Origin: Octopus bimaculoides
Taxonomy: Eukaryota
NCBI RefSeq assembly: GCF_001194135.2
Contig: NC_068981.1
Coordinates: forward strand, 10,043,133-10,079,833
Direction of reading: 5' to 3'
DNA length: 36,701 bases
Both the position numbers and the translations under genes were made by a program. Positions within the stretch are counted from its first letter, which is position 1, and the number at the start of each line of letters is the position of its first letter. Below are positions 1-12,662 of the stretch, one piece after another. The notes below the pieces were generated by a model, which worked only from the letters and a program-made list of their open reading frames with translations, was not told the DNA's origin and made no database searches.

Positions 1-20
1 CTCTTCCGATCTTATATATA

Positions 21-225
21 TAGTTAGAATTTACAAAACAAAAAACAAACAAAAGACGAAGACGGGTGTGTAAACAACAAACAGATGAATTAGTTTAACA
101 TATATATATATAGTAAATCCAAAGAACAACAACTCGAGGACGTGGCACATGTAAAGTATTAGCAGACACTAAGGGAAGGAAAGAAAGACGGTTTAGCGTT
201 TCGAGCAACGCTCTTCTTCAGAAAC
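21..225 (-). mobile_element. Short HHR-bearing element(s), Penelope-like pLTR or retrozyme-type
   Basis: The reverse complement of 21-100 (taattcatctgtttgttgtttacacacccgtcttcgtc...gtaaattctaacta) matches the blocks at about 30095-30160 and 32840-32910. An HHR motif lies at 191-225. PLE affiliation is inferred from the HHR type. Confidence 0.55.
191..225 (-). ncRNA. Minimal type I hammerhead ribozyme motif, probably inactive
   Basis: Minus strand GTTT-CTGAAGA-A-GAGC(GTT)GCTC-GAAA-CGC-T-AAAC. Stem I (4 bp), stem II and CUGANGA/GAAA are intact, but U16.1 reads C. Confidence 0.65.
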
Positions 226-714
226 AGAGTAAAGTCCAATAGAAAGGAAGACAGAGGAAGAAAATCGCTAACGATTCATATGTGGGTGCCGTTTTCTAAA
301 TTGAAATATAAGAAAGTATTTCAAGCCTTTTAGAGATTGATTAGTTTATATATCTAAAATATATTATTCCAATAGTAAAACACTATTGCTACAAAAAGAC
401 TTATAAGAATAATGTTATTGGTTCTATATTTTTTTCAAGCTATAGAATGTTATGTTAAGCAATACAATTTTATCAGGTAGGATTAAGCAGCGAGTATCCT
501 TTGTGAAAATGCCTTTGTAATTTGCACGAATGGGTATTTTCTTTTCTTCTGGTGTTCAGATTCTATCTAACATGATTCCATTCATACCTAACTAGATTCT
601 TCTCGGCTAATCCTTCTCCTTGCAGTAGCATTTCGAAAAATTTCTCAGATTATATGTATTCAATTTGTTTTACTTCTGTCACATTGTCTGCTATATTTCA
701 CATATGCAAGCACA

Positions 715-753
715 AATATGCACACACATATGCACGCACACACACATGCACGC

Positions 754-808
<55 letters not shown>

Positions 809-1038
809 NNNNNNNNNNNNNNNNNNNNNNNNNNNNNNNNNNNNNNNNNNNNNNNNNNNNNNNNNNNNNNNNNNNNNNNNNNNNNNNNNNNNNNNNNNNN
901 NNNNNNNNNNNNNNNNNNNNNNNNNNNNNNNNNNNNNNNNNNNNNNNNNNNNNNNNNNNNNNNNNNNNNNNNNNNNNNNNNNNNNNNNNNNNNNNNNNNN
1001 NNNNNNNNNNNNNNNNNNNNNNNNNNNNNNNNNNNNNN

Positions 1039-1066
<28 letters not shown>
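715..1066. repeat. (CA)n and (CT)n microsatellites flanking gap 809-1038
   Basis: Directly visible. Confidence 0.95.
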
Positions 1067-1070
<4 letters not shown>

Positions 1071-1974
1071 CTCTGACTGTGTTTCTTTCTCTTTTCCCTT
1101 TTCCTCCATTCCTGACAATATCCTTGCTTCATTGATTTTCTATATGTATGCCTTATCTCTCTGCCAGCCTATCACATGTTCATAAATTTCATCTACACTG
1201 CCTACTTTATTATTTCCTCCCGTCTCTCTTCGCTTTTCTCTATTTTCACTATGACACTACTTCTTCCACCATCCCCCCCTCTCTCTCTCTTTCTTTGATC
1301 CTTTCTTTCTCTTCCTATCTCTCCATGCACTCTATTTCTTTTTTCCTTTATGTCATACATATCCAATTTTTTACTCTCGTATTTCTCCCTCACAATATTA
1401 GATAAAAACATTGCTAAACTAAGTCGCCATTTTCATATCCAAAATTTAGCCAAACTATTTCTTCCTGTTCACAAAATAATGTCAATCAATTATTGTATAT
1501 CGGTAGAAAAAAAAAATCAATATATATCAACAGAGAAACTTCAAAGTGAAATAGAGTGACAGTTAATATATTTTCATTTTTTAAATGGCACGTGTTTTTT
1601 TTCTCTCTCTTTATATATAAATATCATTTTTTAAACATGGGTTCTCAGTTATTACAGTTTTCTAACTCAATCTATATCTCCTCTCTTATCTTCACACTCG
1701 CTTTTGCTAGTTTATTTATTACGAGTGTCTATTTATAAATCAATGAGGGTTTTTAACTAAAATCAAATATTAAACTTTGCTTCGGTAGAATCAATAAATA
1801 TATCCAAATTACTATGATTAATCCAGTAATACGATGCTTTATTTCCAACAGAACAGTTGCTATCTTGCAGCAAAACATATCAAGGGAAAGCCGACGTAGT
1901 GACAGTGTTTGGGATACGTTTGAGAGGATTGATTATCCTGTATGAAGTCGATTATTGTCTACCAACCTCATCCA

Positions 1975-2165
1975 ATATACATGCGTGTATCTGTATATAT
2001 GTGTGTGTGTGTGTGTGTGTGTGCGTGCGTGTGTGTGCATGTACGTGTGTGTGTATACATACATGCATACATATATACATGCGTACATGCATACATACAT
2101 ACATACATACATGCATACATACATGTTGCATAATTTGCCTCTATGTATGAATGTATACACATACA
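1975..2165. repeat. Compound (TG)n/(CATA)n microsatellite
   Basis: Directly visible. Confidence 0.9.
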
Positions 2166-2169
2166 CAAA

Positions 2170-2321
2170 GGCGCGGGCGTGGCTGTGTGGTAAGAAGTTT
2201 GCTTCCCAACCACATGGTCCCAGGTTCAATTTCATTGCATGGAACCTTGAGCAAGTGTCTTCTACAATAGCCTCGGCCCTTATTAAGTGGATTTGATGGT
2301 CGGAAACTGAAAGAAGACCGT

Positions 2322-2361
<40 letters not shown>

Positions 2362-2675
2362 NNNNNNNNNNNNNNNNNNNNNNNNNNNNNNNNNNNNNNN
2401 NNNNNNNNNGTGTGTGTGTGTGTGTGTGAGTATGTGTTGTGTGTGTGTGTATTTGTGGCAGTGTTTGTCCTCTCCCCAACCACCGATTGACAACCTGTGC
2501 TGGTGTTTTTATGACATCGTAACTCGGCAGTTCGGCAAAAATAACCGATAAAATAAGTACCGGGCTATAAATAGGGAATAAGTACTGGGATCGATTCGCT
2601 CCACTAAAATGCTGCAAGCTAGTGCCCCAGCATGGCCGCAGTCTAATGGCCGAAACAAGTAAAAGTAAAAGAAAA
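2170..2675 (+). mobile_element. tRNA-derived octopus-type SINE with internal (TA)n/(TG)n tract (family 1)
   Basis: A-box-like tggctgtgtggtaag, B-box-like ggttcaattt, body ccttgagcaagtgtcttctac and tail gaaacaagtaaaag. It aligns with copies at 3152, 13608 and 35740. Gap 2362-2409 lies inside the internal tract. Confidence 0.9.
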
Positions 2676-2899
2676 AAATGCGTGTGTGTGTGTGTGTGTG
2701 TGTATGTGTGTGTACGCTTGTATATACGTATGTTTGCATATGTAGGTGGAGAGCAGGGTTTTGTTGCAGTAAGTGACATCTTATAGTAAACCTAAATATG
2801 ATTATGCCTTTATAACATCCACTGTAATATTTTACATCTTCGCCCTAAAATCTCGAGCAGATTATATTGCCGCAAATTTTGCTGCAGTTAATGTAACCA

Positions 2900-3850
2900 T
2901 GAATCTTTTGAATTTCTTAGCGTCTCTTAATGTAACAGAAAGCAGCTTTGAGACTGGAATAGAAATCGATATTTTCTACGATAAATTCTATAATACTCGA
3001 CCGGCTACAAGCTAATGAGGGAGCTCCTTTGTGGGCGCTAGAAATATCAACTGTATCTTCCTGAAATCATACCGTATCTTCTTTAATATATTGCACAGAG
3101 GATTATGTAGCCCGGAGTCTGAGGAGATCATGTATAGCCATGACCGTTATAGGTGTAGGAGTGGCTGTGTGGTAAGTAGCTTGCTTACCAACCACATGGT
3201 CCCGGGTTCAGTCCCACTGCGTGGCATCTTGGGCAAGTGTCTTCTACTATAGCCTCGGGCCGACCAAAGCCTTGTGAGTGGATTTGGTAGACGGAAACTG
3301 AAAGAAGCTCGTCGTATATATGTATATATATATATGTATGTGTGTATGTGTTTGTGTGTCTGTGTTTGTCCCCCCCAACATCGCTTGACAACCGATGCTG
3401 GTGTGTTTACGTCCCCGTAACTTAGCGGTTCGGCAAAAGAGACGAATAGAATAAGTACTGGGCTTCTAAAGAATAAGTCCTGGGGTCGATTTGCTCGACT
3501 AAAGGCGGTGCTCCAGCATGGCCACAGTCAAAAGACTGAAACAAGTAAAAGAGTAAAAGAGAGTTATGCCCATGACGTTTGCTCTGCATGATCAGAATTA
3601 AGTTGAGGGTTAAAGAGCAACTACAACGATAACATTATGCTATTTCACGGTCTATAACTCTGTTTGGAAAAGATCCACACAAACTATGAAGCGGCATCCC
3701 GAAATAGCTATCCTTCTCATATCACAATTGTTTTGTATGGCGAGCTGACAGAGGGGATAGAATCGTCCACGTCATATACTCTTAGGTCTAACGAGTACGA
3801 GTATTTATTTCAAAGCGAAAATAAAAGCAGATTAATTTCTGAAGGAAGAA
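2900..3850 (+). mobile_element. Very degenerate RTE-like LINE fragment interrupted by the SINE at 3152-3561
   Basis: Broken frames give WNRNR..LLCG (cf. RTE post-RT 'W...LLYGSETW') before the SINE and IVLYGELTEG (cf. 'LLYGEL.EG') after it. Motif-level match only. Confidence 0.35.
3152..3561 (+). mobile_element. Near-complete tRNA-derived SINE (family 1)
   Basis: A box tggctgtgtggtaag, B box gggttcagtccc, internal (TA/TG)n tract and tail acaagtaaaagagtaaaagag. Confidence 0.92.
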
Positions 3851-5889
3851 CGTCAGTTGATTCATGAGATTTCGAGGGATTCTCTGTTTTCTGTATGAAA
3901 TTAATTTTGTTTACCAGTGTTATCAAGCTTAGTACATGCATAAAAATCACTGTTTAATACAAAAAAATTGTGTCTTATTCTAATATCGCCCTCCTGACTC
4001 TGTTGAACACACTAAATACTGGAAAGATTATCTTAGATATAACAACAATAAAAGGATATTGAATGCAAGCTTTCAGTTTTCTTTCTTCCCTCCTTCTTAC
4101 TTTTTAAATCATAGTTTATAATGTGCATAAATTGCTGAGTAGAGACTATTTCAAGTAATTATTCTTTTATCAGATATTCGTAATTCTTTTATGATGTATT
4201 AAAGAATATTTTGAGCGTACAATGTGTTAAATAGAAAACCAGTATTTCTTAATCTTTTCAAAAGATTTCTAAATATGGAGCATTTTACCAAAAACACGAA
4301 AATATTCGCAAGATTACTTATATATCTTTTCTTTTTTTTTTCTATTTAAAACAACCAAATCTAATAATTATGAATAATATAAAAACTAAACACAGAGTGA
4401 GACATTCATTCAAAGAGATAATTATCTCTTTATATTCAACATGTTTTTTTATATCTTTAAAGAAAAACATATGAATATATATAGAGATAGATTAGAAAAA
4501 CAAATACGATGGCTGTATTAGAGAGCTATTATCTGTCTGGGTTAGAATACATCATATTACTCTTTCTGAATAATTTTAACGAATGCAGAAGTTTCATACG
4601 ATTGATTACTTAAGAAAATAATTTTCCATAACAGTGCTTATTTTGGCTAGCAATAATATTTGTTCTGTGCAATTATATGTATTTTTGTAGTAGTGATATG
4701 GAATTAGTGTATTACCTGTAGCTGAGGTATGCGGATAAAAATACATAAATGTTTGCATCAAAAGAAAACTAAAATTGGAAATATTTGAAAAGAAACAAAA
4801 ACTTTCGATACTGATAAAAAAACATATTAAATACATTTTCTGAATAACAATTTTTATTGCAGTTACATTTCCATATTGATTAGCAACCAAATAGGATATT
4901 CACTTCACATATTCTAGAGAAAAATACTTCGATAAAAATAGAAAGGAGGCAAAATTCTAGTTTCAATAGCCTTAAAGTTCCCAACAAGTCATCATATTTG
5001 AATGTAAAATATATCAGAGTCGATTAAAATATTCGTAACCATGAATACGATTTATGTTTTCATGTTAGTATATTTGATATCAAGAATGTGTATCTATAAA
5101 TGTAATTTCGTATGGGTATTTGAAATACTCAGTTTTATATCTACAACACATATTATATATTTTGGTTATTTTTCATGTATGTTTGTTTTTTCTTTTACAC
5201 GTGAGAATAGCTGATACAGAATGGTACATGGAGCATGTATTTATGCTAACACATGAACTTTATTTGCATGAAACATATCACTGACTCTGACGTCAATTGT
5301 AAAATATCTAAACAAGAATATCTTTGTGTCTGCTTCATCGATTAAAAACATCTGCTTAATAACAGCTTCATAATGAATCAAATTGTCATTGTTTTTAAAT
5401 TTCTCAAGAGAAACAATTTTGTGAGATCATTAAGATTGTTGAATAAAATATATTGATTTATATCCACTTGGCTTAGCACCACTGATTTATCACCTCAGTG
5501 AGGTGTTGTGGTAGTCATGTTTCTTTTTACATGAGCATGAATTGCATAAACTCCAAGAAGAATGTCTTTCTACATTTATCAGAAATCGATTCTCTGGAAG
5601 TTCAGTGTAGCTCAATCGTACCTGAGCTTATTCTGAACTGCAAGAGTTAGCATATTTACTACTGAAAAGAGCATATTGATGTTATTAATAAGCTTTTCTT
5701 TTGCCTAATCACAAAGTCTATTTTTAATTTCATATAATCTTATATTATTACAGAAAAAAATTACAATTTCTACGGCTTCACAGTTGTATTAAATATAATA
5801 CCTGACTTAGTCTAAACAACTCGAGTATAGAGTTTAGAACAGATTGTAGCATAACCATTTCTTTCTCAGTGATCTAGGGTTTTTCCCTT

Positions 5890-5899
5890 TCTCTCTCTT

Positions 5900-5938
<39 letters not shown>

Positions 5939-5970
5939 CTCTCTTTTTCTCACTCTTTCTCTCTCTCTCC
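5890..5970. repeat. (TCTA)n/(TC)n microsatellite
   Basis: Directly visible. Confidence 0.9.
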
Positions 5971-6099
5971 AGCTATGTGAACTGACTCAGCGATAATCAA
6001 TAGGTTGGTATCCTATTACTTCACTTAGTAACAACTATTGAGGAAATGTATAAGGCATTATAATCGGACGTAGGAAGTTAGCTAATTAACTGTTTCCTG

Positions 6100-6812
6100 C
6101 TCCTGATTTAGGCGTAAGGCAAGAAAATTTGATGGAGGGGTTTTTTTGTTTGTTTGTTTTTACATCATTGGCCCACAGTACTTGAACGGTATTTATTTTA
6201 TCGTCCTCGGCTAGCACATTGTTGGGTATTACTATAGTTTCTCTCTTCAGGTCTGTTTCCATGTTATTTGGCATATTGCACTAATTCTAGTTCAAATGCG
6301 ATATTATATCTTCTTTATTTTCTCCTTAATCCTGCTGTGGATTAAGGAGGTAATTCACAGGACTGGAAATAGCTCTTGACACCAATGAAGGCTTCGTAGG
6401 AAATGAGCAAAGTTCTAGAAACTCGTGCGTGAAAAGAGCAATAATTTCTTGTTCTTGGAGGAGAGAAGGAAACCCTTCGCAATTTCTTAACATATGGCGC
6501 TGCTGCATCACTGTGTTGATAGACAAAAAGTAAAGCAACAAGGGCAGCGTGGGTGCAGCAGAGTTTAAGAAGCTTTTTTTTTTTACTGAGTAATTTTAAT
6601 TGTATTTATCTCAACAGTATTAGCAAAACCAAAAAAATTATTACAAAGAAAATAATTGGAATTTCAAAATAATGAAATAACAATCTTTGTAAGAGATTAA
6701 TTTTATTTGACCCTAAAGACACTGCAGCAACAACATCTCGCCTAGCATAATGGAAAATATCAAGGTATTCTTCTGCAAAAGACGTGCATCTTTGATGCCG
6801 CAAAATGCGATA
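6100..6812 (-). mobile_element. Decayed pogo-like (Tc1/mariner superfamily) element: 5' TIR plus Brinker-type DNA-binding remnant
   Basis: Minus 6325-6200 translates LRRK*RRYNIAFELELVQYAK*HGNRPEERNYS, resembling the pogo BrkDBD pattern 'RRSY..AFKL..V.YA..HGNRAA.R.F'. Minus 6809-6784 (cgcattttgcggcatcaaagatgcac), next to a TA run, resembles the pogo TIR pattern I recall (CGTATTTTCCGGACTATAAGACGCAC). No DDE domain seen. Confidence 0.5.
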
Positions 6813-9149
6813 TATAGTAAACTTGTGGCATGTAAAGTGTTGGGCGAATATAACGATATCCTCCTCGATAATTGAGTCAATACATTAAATTGAAAGGTCT
6901 AGATCGATCTTTTCCTAGTGTTTGGCTTTGGAAATATCTCACCAGGCTGAGATCATTTTTATAGAGGAATATACTAGTCATGTTTTTCTACAAAGCCGGA
7001 TAGAGCTGTAAATTTCAACGGTCGTAATAACCTTGAATGTCACAATACAAAATTGACTTTCAATAAATACCTCCTATTCAGAAATAGCTACATGAAGAAC
7101 ATACATAATGTTGTTTTTTTTTTTTCTCTTGTCTATCAAACTTTGCATAATATCTATATTTGAACTTACAGGAATTTACTGTCAGACGTCAAAAATCTTG
7201 ATTGGTGAAAGACAGGAAATTAATGTCCATCCAAACTAGCGTAAACAGACATTGAAATTGATGAACAGTTGAGGGAATCCATAGCGAACATATGTATGTG
7301 AGATAAGCAGTCGAACATTGCTATATTATATAATCTTTTTTAAAATATTCTATAATTTCTTCATCAGTTATATAATGGTTGAATTGAATTTTCTGCCTTT
7401 GGTCATTCTGCCGTATACTCATGCGTATTACAATTCATGCTAGGCGATCAGCAATGCAAACACGATTACTTGCTGAAGTGAAATTAATGTCACTAATAAC
7501 GAAAAAAGTTGTGTTTTTCCAACATTTTAAACTGACATAAGAACAAAATTATATATCAGAAAGTATTCTGTTTTATTTTCACTCTAAGTTTTGTACAGCC
7601 CAGACAAGATTTTCTTCTATAAATGTGTTACTAAATGTTAGTTCTATTTATAATAATCGTGCGGAACAATTATATTCTTTCATATTTACATTTACAATAA
7701 ACAAAATTTTTTAAAAAGTAAAACAATATAGACAAAGTAATATTTTTGCTATTGCTATTGTTTTTGTTATTTTTTACTCCCGATTTGCTTTTACCGAATA
7801 GACTTAGTACCAAATATATTTTATGAGTTCCGTTGCTCATTGTTGACCATGCCTCTAGACATATATGCATGCTACCGATTATTATCCAAAAGGAAGGTTA
7901 CAGACTTGGGCCGATACAGTTTGGCACCAAGGCCATCGTAGGAGTTACTCTTAGAACACCAAGAACAAGAAAATACATGATTCAATGTCACATCCGACCC
8001 TAAAACAGTTCCACCGATCCTCCGCCCCTGGATCGGTACATTTCTTTTATCATCAACCTCCGATTTTGGTAGGATTTGATCTCTAAGTGCAGTAGGTCAG
8101 AACAAATAGAGCTAAATGTATTACACCAAAGAGCTTTTTGTCTCTTCCCCCAGAGCTAAATTATACAATATGCGCCTCTTTGTAAAAGTACTAGATCCGC
8201 ACTGGTAAAAAAAAAACAGCAACTAATATTGGTAAATAATATCAATATGCTCGTGTGGAATATTTCATTAATATAGATCGTTATTTTCATTATTACATTA
8301 AAAACAATTATTAACACGGCTATGGAAAATACAGCAACTCTTCTGGTGGGGTGAATGGGAAAACATGGGAAAACATGATTTTACACTAACAATACACTAT
8401 TATTATTTTTCTTCGGCGATAACATTAATTTCGTTTAACAAAGTATATTTAAATTGTTCATAACATTTATACATAGTGTAGTACACGTTGCAATATGATT
8501 ACGCTCTGTGCAGAATGACCAAGGGCCGATAATTCATCTCGTGCATATGTTTAAGTATTTGCAGTCGTAGGCTTGTTTCCAAACATTCAAATGTTTAAGC
8601 TTTGTTAAGAGAGTTTTTAATAAAATTTCATTAATCAAGAAATTATCTTTTACAACAAGAGTGTATACAATATCATTGTGTTTGATTAAACAATTTAATC
8701 TTCTATATCACTTTAGTTAAGAGATGTTATAAATATTAGATATCAAATGTCGAGAGATATCATTTACGACAATGTATATTATTCATATATTTCAGTCAAT
8801 AATTGTTTTGTTTCAGTGAGAAAATGTGTGTGTATGTGTGTTTATGTGTGAATTTGTGTTTACGTATATATATGCCTGTGGTACTAGTATGCGTTTATAA
8901 TGTTTGTGTTAGAACGTGTGTGAGAGTGAAAACACGTCATTACATGAGCGGATCTATATATATATATTTTTTTACATATGAACACATTCCTATGTTTGCA
9001 TGGCTACTATTGGCTAATATTTTACAGGTTTTCCAAGTTCCATTAGTGACTTTTTAATTTCAATTTCTTAAGTAATCATTTTGTGATGTCCAACTTCTCA
9101 AGATAGATGCTGAGACAGTTGTTAGTTACTAAATCGCATGAGCTAATAC

Positions 9150-9310
9150 CCACCGATATGAGTCACACCTTGCCGTCCTAGAAGAGACCACATTGTATTA
9201 TGCAGTCTATATTTCCTACGCGCAGGAAAAAGGCGGGAATTTAAGGACTGAAATTTCTTTGGTCATAGGTCTCTTTTATCACGCGTACATAGGCATAAAC
9301 ATCAACAATC
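9150..9310 (+). mobile_element. 3' part of a SINE-like family with an (AAC)n-like tail (family 4)
   Basis: tcacaccttgccgtc...cacattgtattatgcagtc...ctttggtcataggtct...aaacatcaacaatc is similar to 20670-20860 (+) and 15385-15500 (-). Confidence 0.5.
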
Positions 9311-10749
9311 CTACATCCCTGTAATCTGTTATATTGTCATCTACACTATTATCTTTCCCGCGGGTTACATTGTAATCTATCCTCGCTTATCACTGATTTA
9401 CTCACATTCATCACTGTTCCCGGATAACACCGTGTACTAATTGTGAGCCATGACACGCTTATCACGAATTTATCCGTGATAACACGAGTCGGTGATCAGT
9501 CAAAAATTCTACTTGAATCGCAAAAGCGTGTCCCAGCGACCATCAACAATGTTCAGGGTAGCTTTGATATCCAATTGAAACCTATTTTTGCCATATGTTC
9601 TGTTATTCATTTACTACTCATTCATTTAACACTGTAGCTTTTCTTAACTAAACAACCATGACAGACGAGAACAGATGCATTTCTTTCGGTTCTGCGTCCT
9701 ATTTATTACGTTACTTAAATCTTCGATGATTAGTCTATAGAGATTGCATCTATTGTCATATTTAACTGTTTTACTACTAGTCCTATTCTTTTTATTTTGT
9801 TATTGTCTGTTCCTTGATTGCAAATACATATTCTTCTAAGTCAATGTTAATATCAATATAATAGTTGCTGAACCATCACGTTACTTTATTTCACTATCAC
9901 TCTGCTGTCTTTCTGACAACATAATCATGCATGACTTTTCGCTGATAAGCAGAAATCCTTTTATCTGACGTTCTGCTGCGTTAGTGCTGGGAAAATTTCC
10001 TGGAGGCATATCGCTGGTCATTACCCAGGGAATAATTTACGGAGATCCCCTTTCCTACTTTCAACATGTTACATTTTTTTCTTTTATTCATGTAAGTTTA
10101 TTTGATCAATGGATGCACTTCGATGCTTCGTTGTTAATTAATGCTTTCGAAGTTATAAGATGTAACACGAATCAATGTTAAGCTTCTGCCACCTGATCTG
10201 TACGCTTAAACAGCGGCGGTCAAAATTGATATGGAAATTTCTAGTTGTACTTAAAAGCTTACAGGTTTTAACATCAATGACCTGGATTTCATTCAGCGTC
10301 ATTTCGATTAACGCAGCTGATCTTTGAGTACTGGCACAGCAAACGCTTTGTCGGTCACTAATTTTATTGAAAGGAAGGAAAGCTCGTTATATTTGGACAT
10401 TATATTTCATAGTTATGCATTCCTTGCTACAAATGCCATCATAAAATGTTTTCGTCCATCTTCAGGTAGTTTACGTATTCTGCGTCAGATTATGTAAATA
10501 TAGTCAGATCATTGATGGAAATATTGCTAAATTTAGCTAAATGCCATCCCTATATGTTTTGGGACACTCAGCCTAATTTTTTGACATATAATTGCAGTTC
10601 GTACGCAACGAAGATATATGTCATATCTACCCAGAAGTCAATCATTTCTTTTCTTATTCCAAGAAAAAATTGGTGTCTCACTGAGAGGAATAAGTAATAT
10701 CACAGAGTTAATGCCTCCTTAAAATATACCCCTGTGATATATTATTCCA

Positions 10750-12060
10750 TAAAAGACAATAAAATAACTTCCCATTTCAGGTTGGTGGCTCAAGAAGAAG
10801 CTTGGGTGTTTATGGGCCCACAAACCTTTTTAATGTTTTGATGCTTTCAGCACTCTTTAGTGAGGTGAATACTTTATTGTAATCCAACCATATTCTCACA
10901 AAGTTTGCCTTATTCTTAGTACCGTGGCCATCATAATGTCATAGTTTTGTTATTAAGGCGTTTCTCAGCACATACCCAAACTATTTTCCCCAAACGCTAG
11001 TTCGGATAGAATGATATTGTTACTATCAAAATGATCTTGGAGGAAAAATTTCGGACAGAATATATACCTTTTAGAGATTAGTTCTTCGCTTTGTAATCGG
11101 CTTTCTGTTTCTTATGCATAACTCGTCACTACCAATGTCAGTCAGTTTAGTATATATTATATCCATTAGAAAGCCTACTGGCCATTAGAACACCGGTGTT
11201 AGATTTCTTTCCTTTTTTGTACTAGTAACCGATAATCACCTCTATAGTGCTTTCATGTCATGAAGTTTCCTTTCACAGGATACATTATACTTTTCATGTA
11301 GTGTTAGGACCACACTTCTATGAGACTTCACACAACCACACTCCTCTTGATATGCCTTTTTTTTTGCGTATTGAGTGCCTTTTCTCTTTTTTAGTTTCAC
11401 CACTATTCTCTGTGGACTGCTAACTGTAGGAATACGTTTTTACACCCAAATATTAATTCTTTCATTCTCCAAAACCTTTTTCCGTTTTATTTTTTCAATT
11501 AATGTTTGTTAGTATGAAGAGTAGTTACGTGCTTCTTTGCAGGTATTAAGCATCTTTTCCGGGGATTAACCATTTCAGTATTCTTTGCTTTGAAGGCGAG
11601 GCGCTTTCCAAATCCATGAAGAAAGCTTTGTTTTGCCTCTCTTTCCTTCATTACCACCTTTTGGATATTCCTTAACAGTTTGTTGAGAAGTCATATAATG
11701 GTTGATAAATTGCAAAATTTGTCACTGTAAACCCAATGGGTTTATTCAAATGTCGTCTGCCTTCAAGCGGGAAGTTTGAACACAAAATAATCCTTCTTTG
11801 AAACATCTCACCAAGAATACATTTTAATTTATTATATTCTTTGCTCCTTATATCATACAGTATTGATCGTGGCTGCTGTTTATAGTCAATGGCAGTTAGA
11901 TGTGGGCGTTCGACCTTACTATGAAGCAGCATAATGCTGCTATACTTGTTGTAGGCATATGCGTTTAAGGAGTTTATGTAGTTTTGGGGAGTCACTGTTA
12001 TTGCATTTCTATATGTAATTCTAATCATCAACCTTCATTTTATGTTCTGCCAATGTTCTT
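10750..12060 (-). mobile_element. Old R4/Dong-like non-LTR fragment (pre-RT region and start of RT), many stops and frameshifts
   Basis: Collinear minus-strand motifs RKPIT (cf. YRPIT), LQDHFDSNNII (cf. LYDHL..NN.L), KRLNNKTM (cf. QLLINK.I) and NFVRIWLDYNKVFTSL (cf. NL..AWIDYKKAFDSV). ORF 11672-12031 lies upstream on the same strand. Confidence 0.5.
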
Positions 12061-12445
12061 TGTTGGCAGAAATAGTTTGTTGTTGAATAATTTAATTCTG
12101 AGTGAAGTACGACCTAGTATATAATCAGCCTGTTCACTTAAAAAGAAAAAGCTAAACGATTTTTGTGCCATTTTGTAGCAATTATGTTGTCAATATTGAG
12201 TTTATAACTTCAAGAAAATGTACTTTATAGTTTGGATATCTCCTACTACCATTAAAATATTCAGTTTATCTTTTCCAATGTTATGTTTTATTTTAGTTCT
12301 TCCTTGTCTTCGATATTGTCGAATACAGGCACCTTCTAGCGATTCATAGCACCGCCAATTATATATTCACACAATTATGATTACGTTCTTGAATGAAATC
12401 TTTCTCTAATGAACATTAATTAAAATTTAATGAACGTTAATTAAA

Positions 12446-12662
12446 ATATTGGTTTCAAATTATGGTACAATCAAATTATGGTACAAGGCCAGCGATTTTG
12501 GAGGAAGGGTTAAGTCGACCCCATTGCTTAACTGGTAATTACTTTATTGACCTCAAAACGATGAAAGGCAAAGTTGATCTAAGCTGAATGTTAACCCAGA
12601 ACGTAAAGAGGGCCAAAACGCCGCTAAGCATTTTACCCGGCATGCTAACGATTCTGCCAGCT
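12446..12662 (-). mobile_element. tRNA-derived SINE (family 2, MetaSINE-like central domain)
   Basis: The minus strand reads agctggcagaatcgttagcatgccggg (tRNA-like head) and then aactttgcctttcatcgttttgaggtcaataaagtaattaccag, resembling the Meta domain as I recall it. Short tandem duplications occur in the tail. Confidence 0.8.

Noticed and set aside
2170-3230. tRNA-like A/B boxes as tRNA genes
   Set aside because: They are SINE heads continuing into shared SINE bodies, and no complete cloverleaf is evident.
4412-5505. Perfect palindromes aaagagataattatctcttt (4412-4431) and cacctcagtgaggtg (5491-5505)
   Set aside because: Isolated, with no TSD, repeat copy or other context. Not distinguishable from chance without a genome-wide count.
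6086-6803. ORFs 6086-6274, 6326-6541 and 6606-6803 as a membrane-protein or secreted-peptide gene
   Set aside because: The frames do not join, there are no consistent splice signals or recognisable family, and the region is better explained as a pogo-like remnant.
7170-7250. Acceptor-like aacttacag|G as an exon start
   Set aside because: All three frames hit stops within about 70 nt and there is no partner exon.
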